From Amphiscolops sp. MND2022 (Eukaryota), in the NCBI GenBank assembly GCA_964187785.1, contig OZ076415.1:5766001-5830000 (forward strand): 64,000 bases of DNA, given 5' to 3'. The notes under the pieces are model-generated. The model was not told the DNA's origin and did no database searches. It saw nothing but the letters and a program-made list of their open reading frames with translations. Of the stretch, positions 1-12,275 are shown in pieces. The translations under genes and the position numbers were made by a program. Each line of letters begins with the position of its first letter. The stretch's first letter is position 1.

Positions 1-364
1 TGAACACTCTCCTGTCTACCCCACTGTCTTTTCAAGATGCCTTCAACAACCATTCCGTTCTCTAAAAAGTTCCCTTCGACTTCTCTTTTTCGTCGCTTGC
101 CATCAAAAATGATTTTCACAGCATCTGTCTCTCCCGGGTGGTCATTGTTGCAGAAGAGGTCACTGATTGTGAAAAGTACATTCTTGTCAAACATCATGAT
201 CATAGTCGGACTAATTCGCGGAGTACAGACTTTGCGAGCATTCGCAATAGACCCAGTTGTTTGGTCTAACTCCATCACCCAAATGCCAGGCACCGCAACA
301 TTGCTCTCGGACCACAAGTTCCTCACAGATTCCGTTCTTGACGAAGGCAGCTCCAAAAAGTTCC
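1..364 (-). CDS. Host gene exon 5: end of NIDO-4 + start of IPT/TIG-like domain; gene probably continues beyond the left edge
   Basis: Acceptor ttttttcAG|GG. Frame NFLELPSSRTESVRNLWSESNVAVPGIWVMELD...CTPRISPTMIMMF... has no stop down to base 1; possible phase-1 donor G|GTAGAC after base 20. Not in the ORF track (no start/stop pair). Confidence 0.7.
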
Positions 365-1029
365 CTGAAAAAAGTACTATGATGATTCTGCTAATTTTAG
401 ATTCAAGGAATCATTAAATCCAGTATACTTTTAGTACTCACTTAGTCCTCACTGTCTCATTCAGCGGCCAACTGGAAAACAATTGTAATAATTTTGCGTT
501 TTATTCCATGATTTATTTTGGCAGATGTTTGCGTCTTGGTCCACATGAGAAAACAAAATCTCTCTGACTTTATATGACGAAATTGCCTCTGCTTTTCAAC
601 TCAAAAAATATTGGTCGTTCCACAGAAATCAACAAACTTCGGTTAGTAGCTTACGAATTTGGGAAACCAATGCTTTTGTACAACTTTTCTGACGTTCTGC
701 ACATTCAAAACAGGTTTTGTTTGGTGTGAATTCTCAAGAATTCAATGACTATAAAATTATTCACAAAGAAGTTCAATTTTTTTTCAGTTGACACTGTTTT
801 GCATCTCATTGGGCGTTAAAATTACATTGTGGCTACAAAGCTGAAGGCTGCCTTTACAGAGTGTTCAGCGGGCGTTGTCTTGGTTTTTTGACTAGAAATG
901 ACTCAAGCTATGTTTTCGTGACTTTAAAATCAAAACATGCTAAGTAACAAGCACCACATATAACCTAACAGCATAACGTATCAAACGTAACATCAACTGT
1001 TCTTTGTTTAAATTAGACTACATTGACCG

Positions 1030-1237
1030 CTCGAAATGTTTGATGCCAATATTGAAAATGCATTACACATCATTGAAAGCTCCCGTTTAGGAGCAATATT
1101 GTCTCATCTGATGGGCAACAATTAGGCATCAAAAACCAAAAAATCGTGTCCCTAGAAACTCAAGTATCACAGTTGGAGATAGTGTTGAACGAATGTTACA
1201 TGTATTCTCTTCCAATGACTGCAATATTATTGAGAAC
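1030..1237 (+). mobile_element. Left part of an old LINE (ORF1 coiled coil) interrupted by element A
   Basis: KNQKIVSLETQVSQLE...EC..YS.NDC.IIEN continues across the TSD into PPK at 21330. Start approximate. Confidence 0.55.
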
Positions 1238-1513
1238 TGTACTGATCTACATTAATAACCAATAGTATTTCGATGTTTATAGAATATTCTAGAAAGTACA
1301 TTTATTTATATTGAATGATTGTAAAACTCTACTCCTTCAGAGAGAGAAAACTAATAATCAGTATTTGGTCGACTTCCTTTTTGAGCCACCTTTCAGACCT
1401 CCAAGATTTAATAGAGTCAGCTAGCTAGCATCGTTCTAATAACTTAGTTCTATACCATCTAGAATAAAGGTAACCACCACCATTGTAAAAATAGGACTCT
1501 TTAAAGCAGCACA
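1238..1513 (+). repeat. 5' LTR of element A (276 bp)
   Basis: TGTACTGA...GCAGCACA. Aligns to 21048-21325 with ~14 substitutions and one 2-bp indel by hand count (~95% identity). Confidence 0.95.
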
Positions 1514-2030
1514 ATTTGGTGCGACTTGTAAAATTCTTTCTTTCCTTCGCTGAATGCTTTCTCCTCTCTCATCAATACAACACCTACCACTTCTCTTTGA
1601 AATTCTTTTGGATTGCAGTGAAATTTTACTAGATTTCCTTGAAAGTCTAGTCTGCAACGTTCTGAATTTCCGTTCTGAATCATTGGTAGACAAAACTTTT
1701 CTCCATTTCCAAAAAAAAACAAAACTTTCTTCAATTCTGGTTTATCACCTTTTTCTATAAACGTTGACACGGTTCTTCTTCTGTTATTCTTGTCTTGCCG
1801 GTTTATCACGTTTTCTAACACGTTGACATGGTACATTTTCAGACTGATTTATCCACAGTGACACAGTTCTGTTCTCCATACTGATTTATCACAGCTATAC
1901 GGAAGCTTGTTGAAACAGTTCTGTCCGGTTTATCAAGGTTTTCCAACACCTTTGACAAGGCAATAAATTCTTCAACCCTGCTTTCTTGAACGTCAGGTGG
2001 ACTCCTGGTGTAATAGTTGACTGAGTGCAC
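1436..2030 (-). pseudogene. Degenerate antisense ORF in the 5' leader of element A, with an internal peptide repeat
   Basis: Three overlapping minus-strand ORFs (2030-1839, 1836-1501, 1693-1436); repeated VLEN..DKP..RTVST unit. Confidence 0.3.
1514..1530 (+). promoter_or_regulatory. Primer binding site of element A (cognate tRNA uncertain; His or Phe are candidates)
   Basis: ATTTGGTGCGACTTG immediately after the LTR; TGG is complementary to tRNA CCA. Same junction GCAGCACA-ATTTG(G)TGC occurs at ~39594-39609. Confidence 0.6.
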
Positions 2031-2960
2031 GCTAGACTCACCTCACCTAAAAGCACATACGTTTCAAGATCAACTTCGTGTTGGCAGAAAACCTTGATTT
2101 TCTATTCTTTCGTTTTGGATCCATTTTCTAATGAAAAATTTTAAAAAATTACTTTCTGAATTAGATTCGAAAAACCATAAAAAGCAACCAAGTCTTTCAT
2201 TACCTCTTTAGTACCATCATCTGTCGACAAAATTTTCAACCCACTCAAAAATTTTAACCTACCTTCACAAAACATTTAATTTAACAAAACCACACATAAA
2301 ATTTTAAGACAACTCCTTTACCCTAAAATCTAAAATAAGACATGCAAATGAAACAGACACTGTAAATGTAGTTTTTAACTTTCAGGCACCCACAATTCCT
2401 ATCCCCTCCCGTAAGACTTAGACAATCAGACCCTACCTAGCTTTTGGCTTGCGTAATCTGATTCTAAGGCTGAATAAACGCCTTCGTTAAGTTTAAACGA
2501 CATTAAAAAGAATCTAGAGGACACCGAACTACGTTCGAATCTTCGAAATTCTCAGGAAGTAAAAGTAAAAGTAAAACACACAAAAGATCAAATTTTGATC
2601 TTGATCAGTATTGATCCGACTTTGGATAGTGGACGTTGATTGTTCAGAGATCCGCTCCCTTGGTCCTAAAACACACAACCCACTTAAAATTAAAATTCTC
2701 TGAGCCTTTCTGGACGTGTCAGTAACCTTATGTTAGACACCTTAATTAAAGTCCAGCTCTAAAATACAACTCTTACTGGATGTGTCAGTGGCCTTATGTC
2801 AGACACTTTAATTTAATCCAGACTTAATTCAGAACTCAGATTCTGTTAGCAACCCTTTGAGGTTGAATACAGATTCTATTGCACCCGCTTCTTTCTTCTC
2901 TATCCCTAGCAATACCAACACTTCAGACAATTTCATAAATATTTCATATTATGATCATAT

Positions 2961-4152
2961 ATGAACTCAAACACACATAACCAAATTTCTGACAATGCAT
3001 CTCTTTCTACTCCTTCAATACAACCTTCTATACGTCTAGTTCTACATCTACCTAGTACAACCTATCACTCTACAACCGTAGATTTTGAAACACTAAGTCG
3101 GCGATACGCACAATACTTTTTCTATCTTTTAGACCAACAACGACATCACCCAAGATCACCAACTTATAATTTCAAAACGAAAATATAACTTTTAACAATT
3201 TAACACACAACGAATTGAATCCAGACGGCATATTCTGTGTGAAAAACTTACCACAATAACACTTATCACCACGTATACATTTTCTGTTTTATTCCTATTT
3301 TGCATCCTGCTAGAAAAGATACTTACAATAATATATACTCTCTAACATGAAACCCTTAATAACAAAGATACACACAATAATAAATTATCTTTACCATGGC
3401 ATCCTCCATATCTTCCCTCTTCCCCTTCATCTTTTCAGATACCTTATATAAAAAATGCAAAACTAGTAAAACTCGAAATAAAACCATTTTTACATAACAT
3501 TTTTTACAATTAAACTAAACCACTTTCATTTGAAAATGAACCCTATACACTTGAAACAATTCTTCTTATTAGAGAACATTTGGATCTATATCTCTTCTAT
3601 ATTAGACACAGATCCACAACTGCCTCTACAGAATATTCATCTTTCCCAATTACTTTTCCTCAACAAGAAACCTCCTCAATTAGAACATATAGAAGAACAA
3701 TCAACCCAATCAATCTCCAAATTCCTATTCAAGAAGTTTTCTATGCTTTCCTAAATGAAGTAAATGATTTCAACTTAAGCCCAAAATGTAGCCCAAGTGC
3801 ACTTGAAGAACTTGACCAATATATACACAAGTTCGAAGTAGAAGATATAGAAAGACTAGTTTCTACTCAAAATAACCCTCATCATTGGTTACAAACAGAT
3901 ATAATAAAAACACAAAATTTCCTATATCATTGTTTCAAAGATATAACATTAAATGAACAAACAATATCTCAAACTAAACTGATATCTTTATTTCTTAGAA
4001 AATATTTCAGATTTAATTATCAACTAATATGGTCAAAACAAGATCAACTTGCTTTCGCAGCATTCCATAATCATTTTACAGCTCATGAATGTTTACCATT
4101 CATCATAAATAAACAAAATGAACATCCTTACGTTTTCAACCAGATACAATAA
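2961..4152 (+). pseudogene. Extra ORF upstream of gag (ORF0) of element A, fragmented, unknown function
   Basis: ORF pieces 2961-3188 and 3580-4152. Motif ISLFLRKYFRFNYQLIW matches INSFKLRKISR*NYQLIL in element B (~41200-41270, minus strand). Confidence 0.55.
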
Positions 4153-4163
4153 CAAATCAAACC

Positions 4164-6500
4164 ATGGATTTCATATCTTTTGATCCTTGTTTAATTACAA
4201 AAAACAATCTTCACGATGATAAGAGACCTTATCGTTATGAACAGAATATTCAAGAACAACAAAATCTATTTAACAACAATGACAATTACGATGAAAACGA
4301 CAATAATAATGAAGAATATATGCTTGAAAACCAAAATGAAAATCGTATTGAAGATATGGCCCTCAAAATAAATGAAAACAATGCAAGTGAGTATACCACT
4401 CCAGAATGTTTAATCACCTACAAGGACTCTTCTAATAGTACATGAAATGTAACTCGATCCATATATGATCCTCCATCACTTCCCTCTGTTTTTAAACATC
4501 CAAATAAAACAAATCAACCAGAAACTAATCGTAATAATAACCAACAAACTTCTAGTCAACACTATGATCCATTTAATTACTCCTCTTTTCCACCATCTAA
4601 TACAAATATTCAAACAAACAATCAGAATGTTTCTCAAAATAACAAAAACAATAATACTAATTTAATGACACAACACCCATACGCACATTTACTACAAACA
4701 AATCCTTCACAACGTAACTTTCCTTCACAAAATCAAAGAACATCCTATTCAAACATTGTACAACCTTCTCAAAGAAGATCCCAAAATCCTCCACTTTTAC
4801 ATATATCTACTGACCCTCTATATCAAATGAACCAACATACAACTTATAATCCTACTACTATTTCACCACCCGTAAACATGGTACAATCTGTAGTTCCTCC
4901 ACCTCAGTATATGGCAATACAACAAGATACAATCATAAAAACTTCAGCTTCAATACCAGAACCTTTGAAACCTTTTGATGGTTTAGACCATTATTACATT
5001 CCAGAAGAATATTTAAAACAAGTTGAAGCAAGACTGACCTTTGCCATAGGTGAAGAACCTCAAAGTATTCCTATTAATTTTAGGTCATGGCATAATAGAC
5101 GCATGGCATATATACTATGTTCTTTAATTGGAACAGGTCTTGATTGATACACTAATCTCCATATATCATATGAACAACATTGGAATTCATTCCTACAACT
5201 GTTTAAAAATCAATTTTCATCTCAAAAAACAGCTGATTACGCACAAGTAGAAGCTATGTCACTCATGAAAAAGGAAAATGAAACAGTACGCCAATTTGCC
5301 CTCAGAGTACAACAATTAGTTAAAAAGGATGGTGCAATGGAAATGCAGCTACCATAAATCTTGAAAACAATGAAATTCTTACGAAAGGATTACCTAAAAA
5401 ATTGAACGATTTTGCTCACAAAAGACAAGTTAAACGTGTATCAACATTACTCGAACCATCAATACCATTCCACACACTTGTTCGACATGTTGATTCTGAA
5501 GATATCGCTAATGAAAAAGTAAGAACAAATGACCTAGCTTGAGAAATAAACAAAGTATCAATTGAAGATGATACTAACAACAAAGAATCAGAACATGACC
5601 GAATAATGATTACTCAATCTGGAGACCCGAAAAACAAAAGCAAACCGACCTATGAAAAACATTGTTCTTATTGTCATAAAAATAATCATGGTGTTTCAAA
5701 TTGTTATCAAAAACAACGCGATGACGAATATCGAAAATATAAAAACCAGAGATCAAGAACTCCTCAACAATCCTTTGTACAATACTTTCGTAGTAAACCC
5801 AGTAATTCACGAGAAAATCGAAACAAAAATAAAAATGATTATTCTTCTAAAGATAACGACCGTAATAGATATAATCAAAACAACTACTCCTATTACAATG
5901 ACCGATAGAGAAATAAGGACAGATACCGAAGCAACAGTAGAGATTATTCACGAAAACGAACTTTCACGAAGGAAGAACTTCAAATACATCAATTGCGACA
6001 CAAACATTTGCCACCCCAAATCGATTTCCCTATCATGAAAGATAACCAACTCAAACCCGTACACTATTTAGAAAAACATGACGAAATCAAATATAATAAA
6101 AAATGATTGCCACCCAATTATCCACAAAGAGATTATTCACAAAATAATTATCGATCTAGTTCTCGACAAAGATATTACAATAGATCTCCACGTCCATACC
6201 CATCTAGATCCCGATATGACAATCATTATCAAAGAAGAACTCCATCTAGATCTCCATATAGATCACCATACAGAAACAACTCCAATTATAGATACAAGTC
6301 TCGATCAAGATATAGATCTCGTTCTCAATCACAAGGAAACTCCTTTAGACGATACAATTACCCGTATAGATTTCCATCCAGACCAAGAGATTACAGATCA
6401 AGATCTAGAACACCCTCACAAAACAGACAACAAAATAGAATAAATCAAGTAGATGTTAAATCTACCAACGAGAAAGATAGTACTAAATTTGAAACTCATA
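4164..6500 (+). pseudogene. gag: gag of element A (N/Q-rich N-terminus, capsid, CCHC knuckle, Arg/Ser-rich tail), disrupted
   Basis: KPFDGLDH..PEEYLKQVEAR capsid-type motif, zinc knuckle CSYCHKNNHGVSNC (CX2CX4HX4C), RS-dipeptide region 6107-6440. Confidence 0.85.
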
Positions 6501-6501
6501 T

Positions 6502-9500
6502 ATGCCAAACAACGAAATTGCAAATGCAATTACTCCTTATAGTTGGTTTTATTCACTATATGTACATGCTTCTGAAGGAAAAGACAACATATTACCTTCA
6601 AAATTAGAAATCCTATTCCTCTTAGATACTGGAGCTTCCATATCAGTTTTAAACTCACCAACATTTCATGTAATTGAAAAACAATTAAATCTCAATGTAC
6701 CAAAACATATTGAAAACAAAAGAGCAAAAACTCTTACAGTTGCCAATCAGACTGAAATACCGATAATACATTACGTTTCAATGACTTGTGTTACTGAAGT
6801 AAATCATCAAAATCGATTTTCAACATCGAATTTGCAGTGGCAAATATTAAATACGACATCCTTGGAGCACCTTTCGTCAAGGAAAATATTCAAAATATGG
6901 ACTTTCAACAAAGTATTATGACTTATAAAGAACAACATCCAAAACGCCCTAAAAACACATTTTTCGACATTTACAGAGAAGGACTACCCATACTTTTCAT
7001 ACATTTATACTATCAAACATAAAGAACCAAATCATTTCATACCAAGATCAGGAAGGACTATACATTTCCCAATCAAAAAATATCTTAACTTGCACTTTGA
7101 ACTGGAAGATAACACTAAAATTTATCCATTAAAGCCATATACATACTTCTTACAAAAATATAAAGATAATTTTCACTTCTTAGACATGATAGTCAACGCC
7201 AAAAGCAAAGACTCCTGCTCAACATTAATTCCAAATTTTACATCTCATCCAGCTACACTACCACGAGGAAATATTGGATATATAGAGATTCCTATTACTC
7301 AAACAACAGCTCCTCATTATAGAGTTCATGATGTAAACTCGCTTATTCATTCAGTAATACATGCCTATCATCCTGATACTACCATTCCAATCAGACAAAA
7401 TGAATACACAGATATGAATTTATGTACTCGAGTAATCCCACAGTCATTATTAGAAATCAATAAAATAGAAATAAATGATAAAACACTTCAATTACCCATA
7501 CCTTCTATCACGGGAAATCTTCGTCCTTCAGATAAAATTAGTAAAGATTTTCCTTCACTACCATATACTACAGAAAATCAGCAATTTACAAAAAAGTTCA
7601 ACTTCGAATATTCAGTTTGAATGATTCTGGATATGTAAAACTTTCAATATCCTTGTTAACGACCAAAATTGTTACGCTAAACACCGAAATGACGTAAGAA
7701 AAATTTCTATTCCATTCAGCGTTCGAATTAAAGGAAATTGTAAACTTCAACACAAAAACCCTCTAAAGTACCAATTCATTACAGAGATAGATTAAATAAA
7801 CTTTTAGTAGAACTTGAAAAATACAATATAATAAAACAAATTGGCTCTACGTCAGATGAAAAACACACTAAGTGAACAACATTTTTAAAACCCTTAATCA
7901 TTATCCCCGAAGGAGACGCAATAAAAGTCCTAGTTGCTAGACATTTAAACTCAAACACTAATCAAGAACTGGAATCTTGGCCCATCGAACCTTTAGCCCT
8001 CAATTGGCTAGAGCTAATGAAAAATACAAATCAACTGTTGATTTAATGTATGCATACGCTCATACCCCATTAGACGAAGAAATAATCAAACTTACAGGAT
8101 TTTCATCCGGAGATAAATTGAATGCCTTTATCCGTGGATTCTATGGATTAAAAGGACTCCCAAATTTTTTCACAAAACAAATGTCAACTTTCTTTCCATC
8201 ACTTATAGACAAACGTTCTGCGTTAGTATATATTGATGTTATATTACTATTAGCAGACGGAAAACAGGAAATGTTTGAACTTATCAAAGAATTTTAAAAA
8301 AAGTAACAAAAGAAAATCTCAAACTTGCATCTGAAAAATTAATTTTACATGTTACTTAAAGTAAAATTCCTTGGACATGAATTAGGGAACAACACAATTA
8401 GACCAATCCCATCAAAAATTGAAGCCATCAAAGAATCCCATCACCAAAAGAAAAGAAAGATGTTATGCAATTTCTAGGCAGTAAACTTTTATTCAAAATA
8501 CGTTGAAAAACTGCATATAAATTTCAAACCATTATACACTTTATTACATGATGTTGCTAAATTTCAATGGACACCCGAATTAGAAAAAAAATTTTCAAGA
8601 CGTTAAAACGCAATGACAGCCGAAACTGAATTAACCATACCCAAGAGACCATTAACTATGAGAGTTATTTCTTACAATCCAAGAATCCTTGAAACACAAG
8701 AACAAAAACTTTCAACATTCGACAGAGAACACCTCGCAAAAGTTTATGCATTACAAATATATGATTTTCTCATTATTGGATCTCCTCATCCTATATACAT
8801 CTTCACAGATCACAAACCTTTGCTGCACTGTTTTGCAAAAAAGGGAAGCCTTGGTCCAAGATTTTATAGAGCACAAACGCAACTAACAAATTTTTCCAAA
8901 CCAAAAACCATTTATACTCCTGGGAAAAACCTAACTGTTGCAGATATGCTTTCAAGAACTTTCACGAAAGAAAAACTTCAAATACATCAATTGCGACACA
9001 AACATTTGCAACCCCAAATCGATTTCTCTATCATGAAATATATCCAACTCAAACTACACTATTTAGTAAAGCATGAAGAAATCAATATATTCAAAAAAAT
9101 GATTGCCACCCAATTCTCGCTGACTATGGCGAAGACCAATTTTCCATTCGTATAAACAACAAAGGAGAAGACATTCATATGAAACCGTTAGATTCCTGTT
9201 CCTTTCAAGCCATTGTTCCAGTTGAATCCAAATACAAGAGACCTACAAAGAATCAAGCGAAATCACTTTTACAGCAATCAACTATCCTCAATGACACTGA
9301 TATTCTTAGTGATGAAGATGAACCAAATCAATCACAAAATACGAAGAATCAAAACACTAACACATTGCAAGAACAAACACTAGCAATACAGTATCCCACT
9401 AAATCTGATTACTGTAATCAACAAGTTCCATTTTTTGATCCATTCTTCTTTAAATACAAAAGATATTTTCATTTTTTCTTCCTACATGGACATTCAGGAA

Positions 9501-12273
9501 TTAAATCAATCAATTTCATTTTATATTATATTTAAAGAAAAGGATGTCGATATTCATTCACGACTGTATTGAATGTCAACAAAACAAACACATTAATTAA
9601 AAAATTCAAACTGCAACGATACAAACATTTTAAGAAAATGCTTCGTATTTCAATTATCGAATATCAATGTATACAAAAGGATCTATAAATCCACCATTAA
9701 AACAAAACTCATATATTCATGTGATAGTAGACGCTTTTAGTCACTTTGTAGTAACAGTACCTATTAAACAAAATACTGCTCAAAACGCTGTCAATTCCCT
9801 ATTACATCATTGGATTGTCAAATTTGGACCTCCCGTATATTTAGTTACAGACCGTGGTTCAGAATACATTAATTCTGAACTTGCAAACCTTTGTACCACA
9901 ATGGGAATCAGGCATTCACCAAGAACTCCTTAGGCACCATTAACAAATGGTTTAGTTGAGAACCAAAATAAAAACCTTGGAACCCATCTCAGACTTTTTC
10001 TACATAACACACCAGAAAACTGGTCTACCCAAGTCCATATGTACGCTTATGCACATAATTCACAACCACTTTCGGAATTGAATCTTTCACCATATGAAAT
10101 TGAATTTCATACTATACCAAGAATCCCAATCAACTTTGAACTCAATCTTCAAGGAGATACTTATAGAAATTGTACCTCTCAATACTTTCAGGACTAACCA
10201 CTTCATACACATTATGAAAAATCAAATTTAAACCCTTTCTTCCATAAGATCTTATTGAAACCATTTCCACAATGCATTTTGGCTACTGAAACTGGTATGA
10301 TACAAATATATCACACAGTCTATGAAAACACAAAAAGAAAAATTAATTCATTTGCTTTTTTTCAACAAAACATACAACAATCCAAGAACCTTAGACTTTG
10401 GTACATTTGTACTAAAAAGAAATTTTCTCCGTGTTCATTATTCAGATAAATTGAAACCTCTCAGAACTGGACCATTTAAAAACATCAACAAACTTTTAGA
10501 TAATACATATGGAATTGTAAATCAAGATGGTTACACTTCTCATATTCATAGAAACCACTTAGCTCCTTATTATCCAAAAGAACCAATCATTTTCCCCTTT
10601 ATACAACAATATAATCTACATTCAAATGATGATGATATTGATAATAATGACTCGAATGTAATTGACCCAATAAAGCATTTTAATTCTTTTTCCGATGAAG
10701 AACAATCAGTTGAAGACGAAGACCACACATTCACAAATTCCAATACAGAAACGGATATACCATCGACAATTGACTTTCAACTAGAATCATTTAACCAATA
10801 CTCCCCATTTCCGTGCCGAAAAAAACTAATAATACCAGAAAATGATATCACCCTCACCTTTATCAACCAGAAACAATTCATCATCTAGTTCAAACCATTC
10901 ATTCCAAACACTACCTGAAAATACCGCATGTCTAAATTCAGATACAGACATACTGGACTCCTCATCCTCAAACCATAGCCCATCTGCTCCATACTCTCCT
11001 GATAGAGCAACAGTAACGCCCAATAGTACACCAATACTTCAAACTCAAACATCAGTAATAACAACTCAACCACAAAATATCATAACAACTCAACCACAAT
11101 CCACTCTACAAAATTTGTCATTTTTAGGTACAAATTCACCAACAAGTGACTCTTGTGATGAATCACTCACAACCCATAACACTGTACAAGATACTTCAAG
11201 TATTCTAAACAGACCCCTCTTCCACCGATTCCTACTACTCGTACTCTTCATATTCCTTATCCTAGCTCAGTTCTTCAATACATTAAGTCTTGTCCACATA
11301 AAATACCAACTGCAACAAAAACATTAAGAAAAACTTCTATACCAACACTACCTAAAAACTCTGTTCCACCATCAACAAGTCAAACCCCAATAAAAACTAT
11401 ACCAGAAAACACAGCTAGCTCACCATCTGAACTAAGTTCATTTACATTTTCTCAATTATACCCAAGACTAGAACGCCTAATATCAACCACTGCATCTTCC
11501 TTAACAGACTTATATTATAAAGATAAAAACTCTGATTCGATTGTAAGTACCAGAGTACCAAGACATAGTTATAGCCTCAGATCCCAATCACGAAGTCTTT
11601 CTCACGCATTACAAACTTCAACTAGTTCTAGTACAAACTCAAGACTAGTTAGGCAACAAGCACAACCCAGATCAGAAACTCCTTCTCTTTCCTCATCTAA
11701 CCCCACAACACCATCTTCTCTATCACTACCATTTCAAGTCACATCAGGATTTGAATCTGCATCTCTTCTTTCAGAAGATTCTCAAACTATATCAGATAGT
11801 GCCGCAAACTTTTCCAAGTTTATTCACCTAGTTCAATACCATCTGATTCGTCCATACAATTGCCGGAATGTTTTCTAGAAGAACATTCGAGACCTCCTAC
11901 ACCAGACCCACAAGAATACCCTATTCGTGTTAACTCAAAGCTTATTCGTACTCTTAACGAAGATCCTCGATATACTGTACTCCCTGCTAGAGTTATAAAC
12001 AATAGTTCTCTCTCAAACCCAAGAAAACAAAGAGAACTACGAAGATTACAAGAAGATCAATTAGTATTGAAGTTCGAAGTTGAAGTTACATTCAACTCCT
12101 TAAAACCCCATCCATTTTCCCTTTCAACAAGAATAGTACATAAAACAACTCCCTCACCATTTTTAGTCACATCAGTATCTTATCTTTGTGACGCAGAATT
12201 ACAAGAAATTAGAACAGGTCATTTAAACTTTTTTAATCCCTACTCAGGACTTAACTATAGAACTATATTTTAA
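6502..12273 (+). pseudogene. pol: pol of element A: protease, dUTPase-like linker, RT, RNase H, integrase, long Ser/Thr tail; many stops and frameshifts
   Basis: LLDTGAS (PR); LKGLPNFF and VYIDV (degenerate YIDD); TDHKPL and NLTVADMLSR (RH, with its N-terminal DAS motif apparently deleted near 8640); HGHSG...CIEC zinc motif, VIVDAFS, VTDRGSE, GLVE (DDE); KLKPLRTGPF (GPY/F). Confidence 0.9.
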
Positions 12274-12275
12274 CT

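Noticed and set aside
37-417. 126-aa plus-strand ORF
   Set aside because: Shadow of minus-strand exon 5, whose frame carries the NIDO motif and a proper acceptor.
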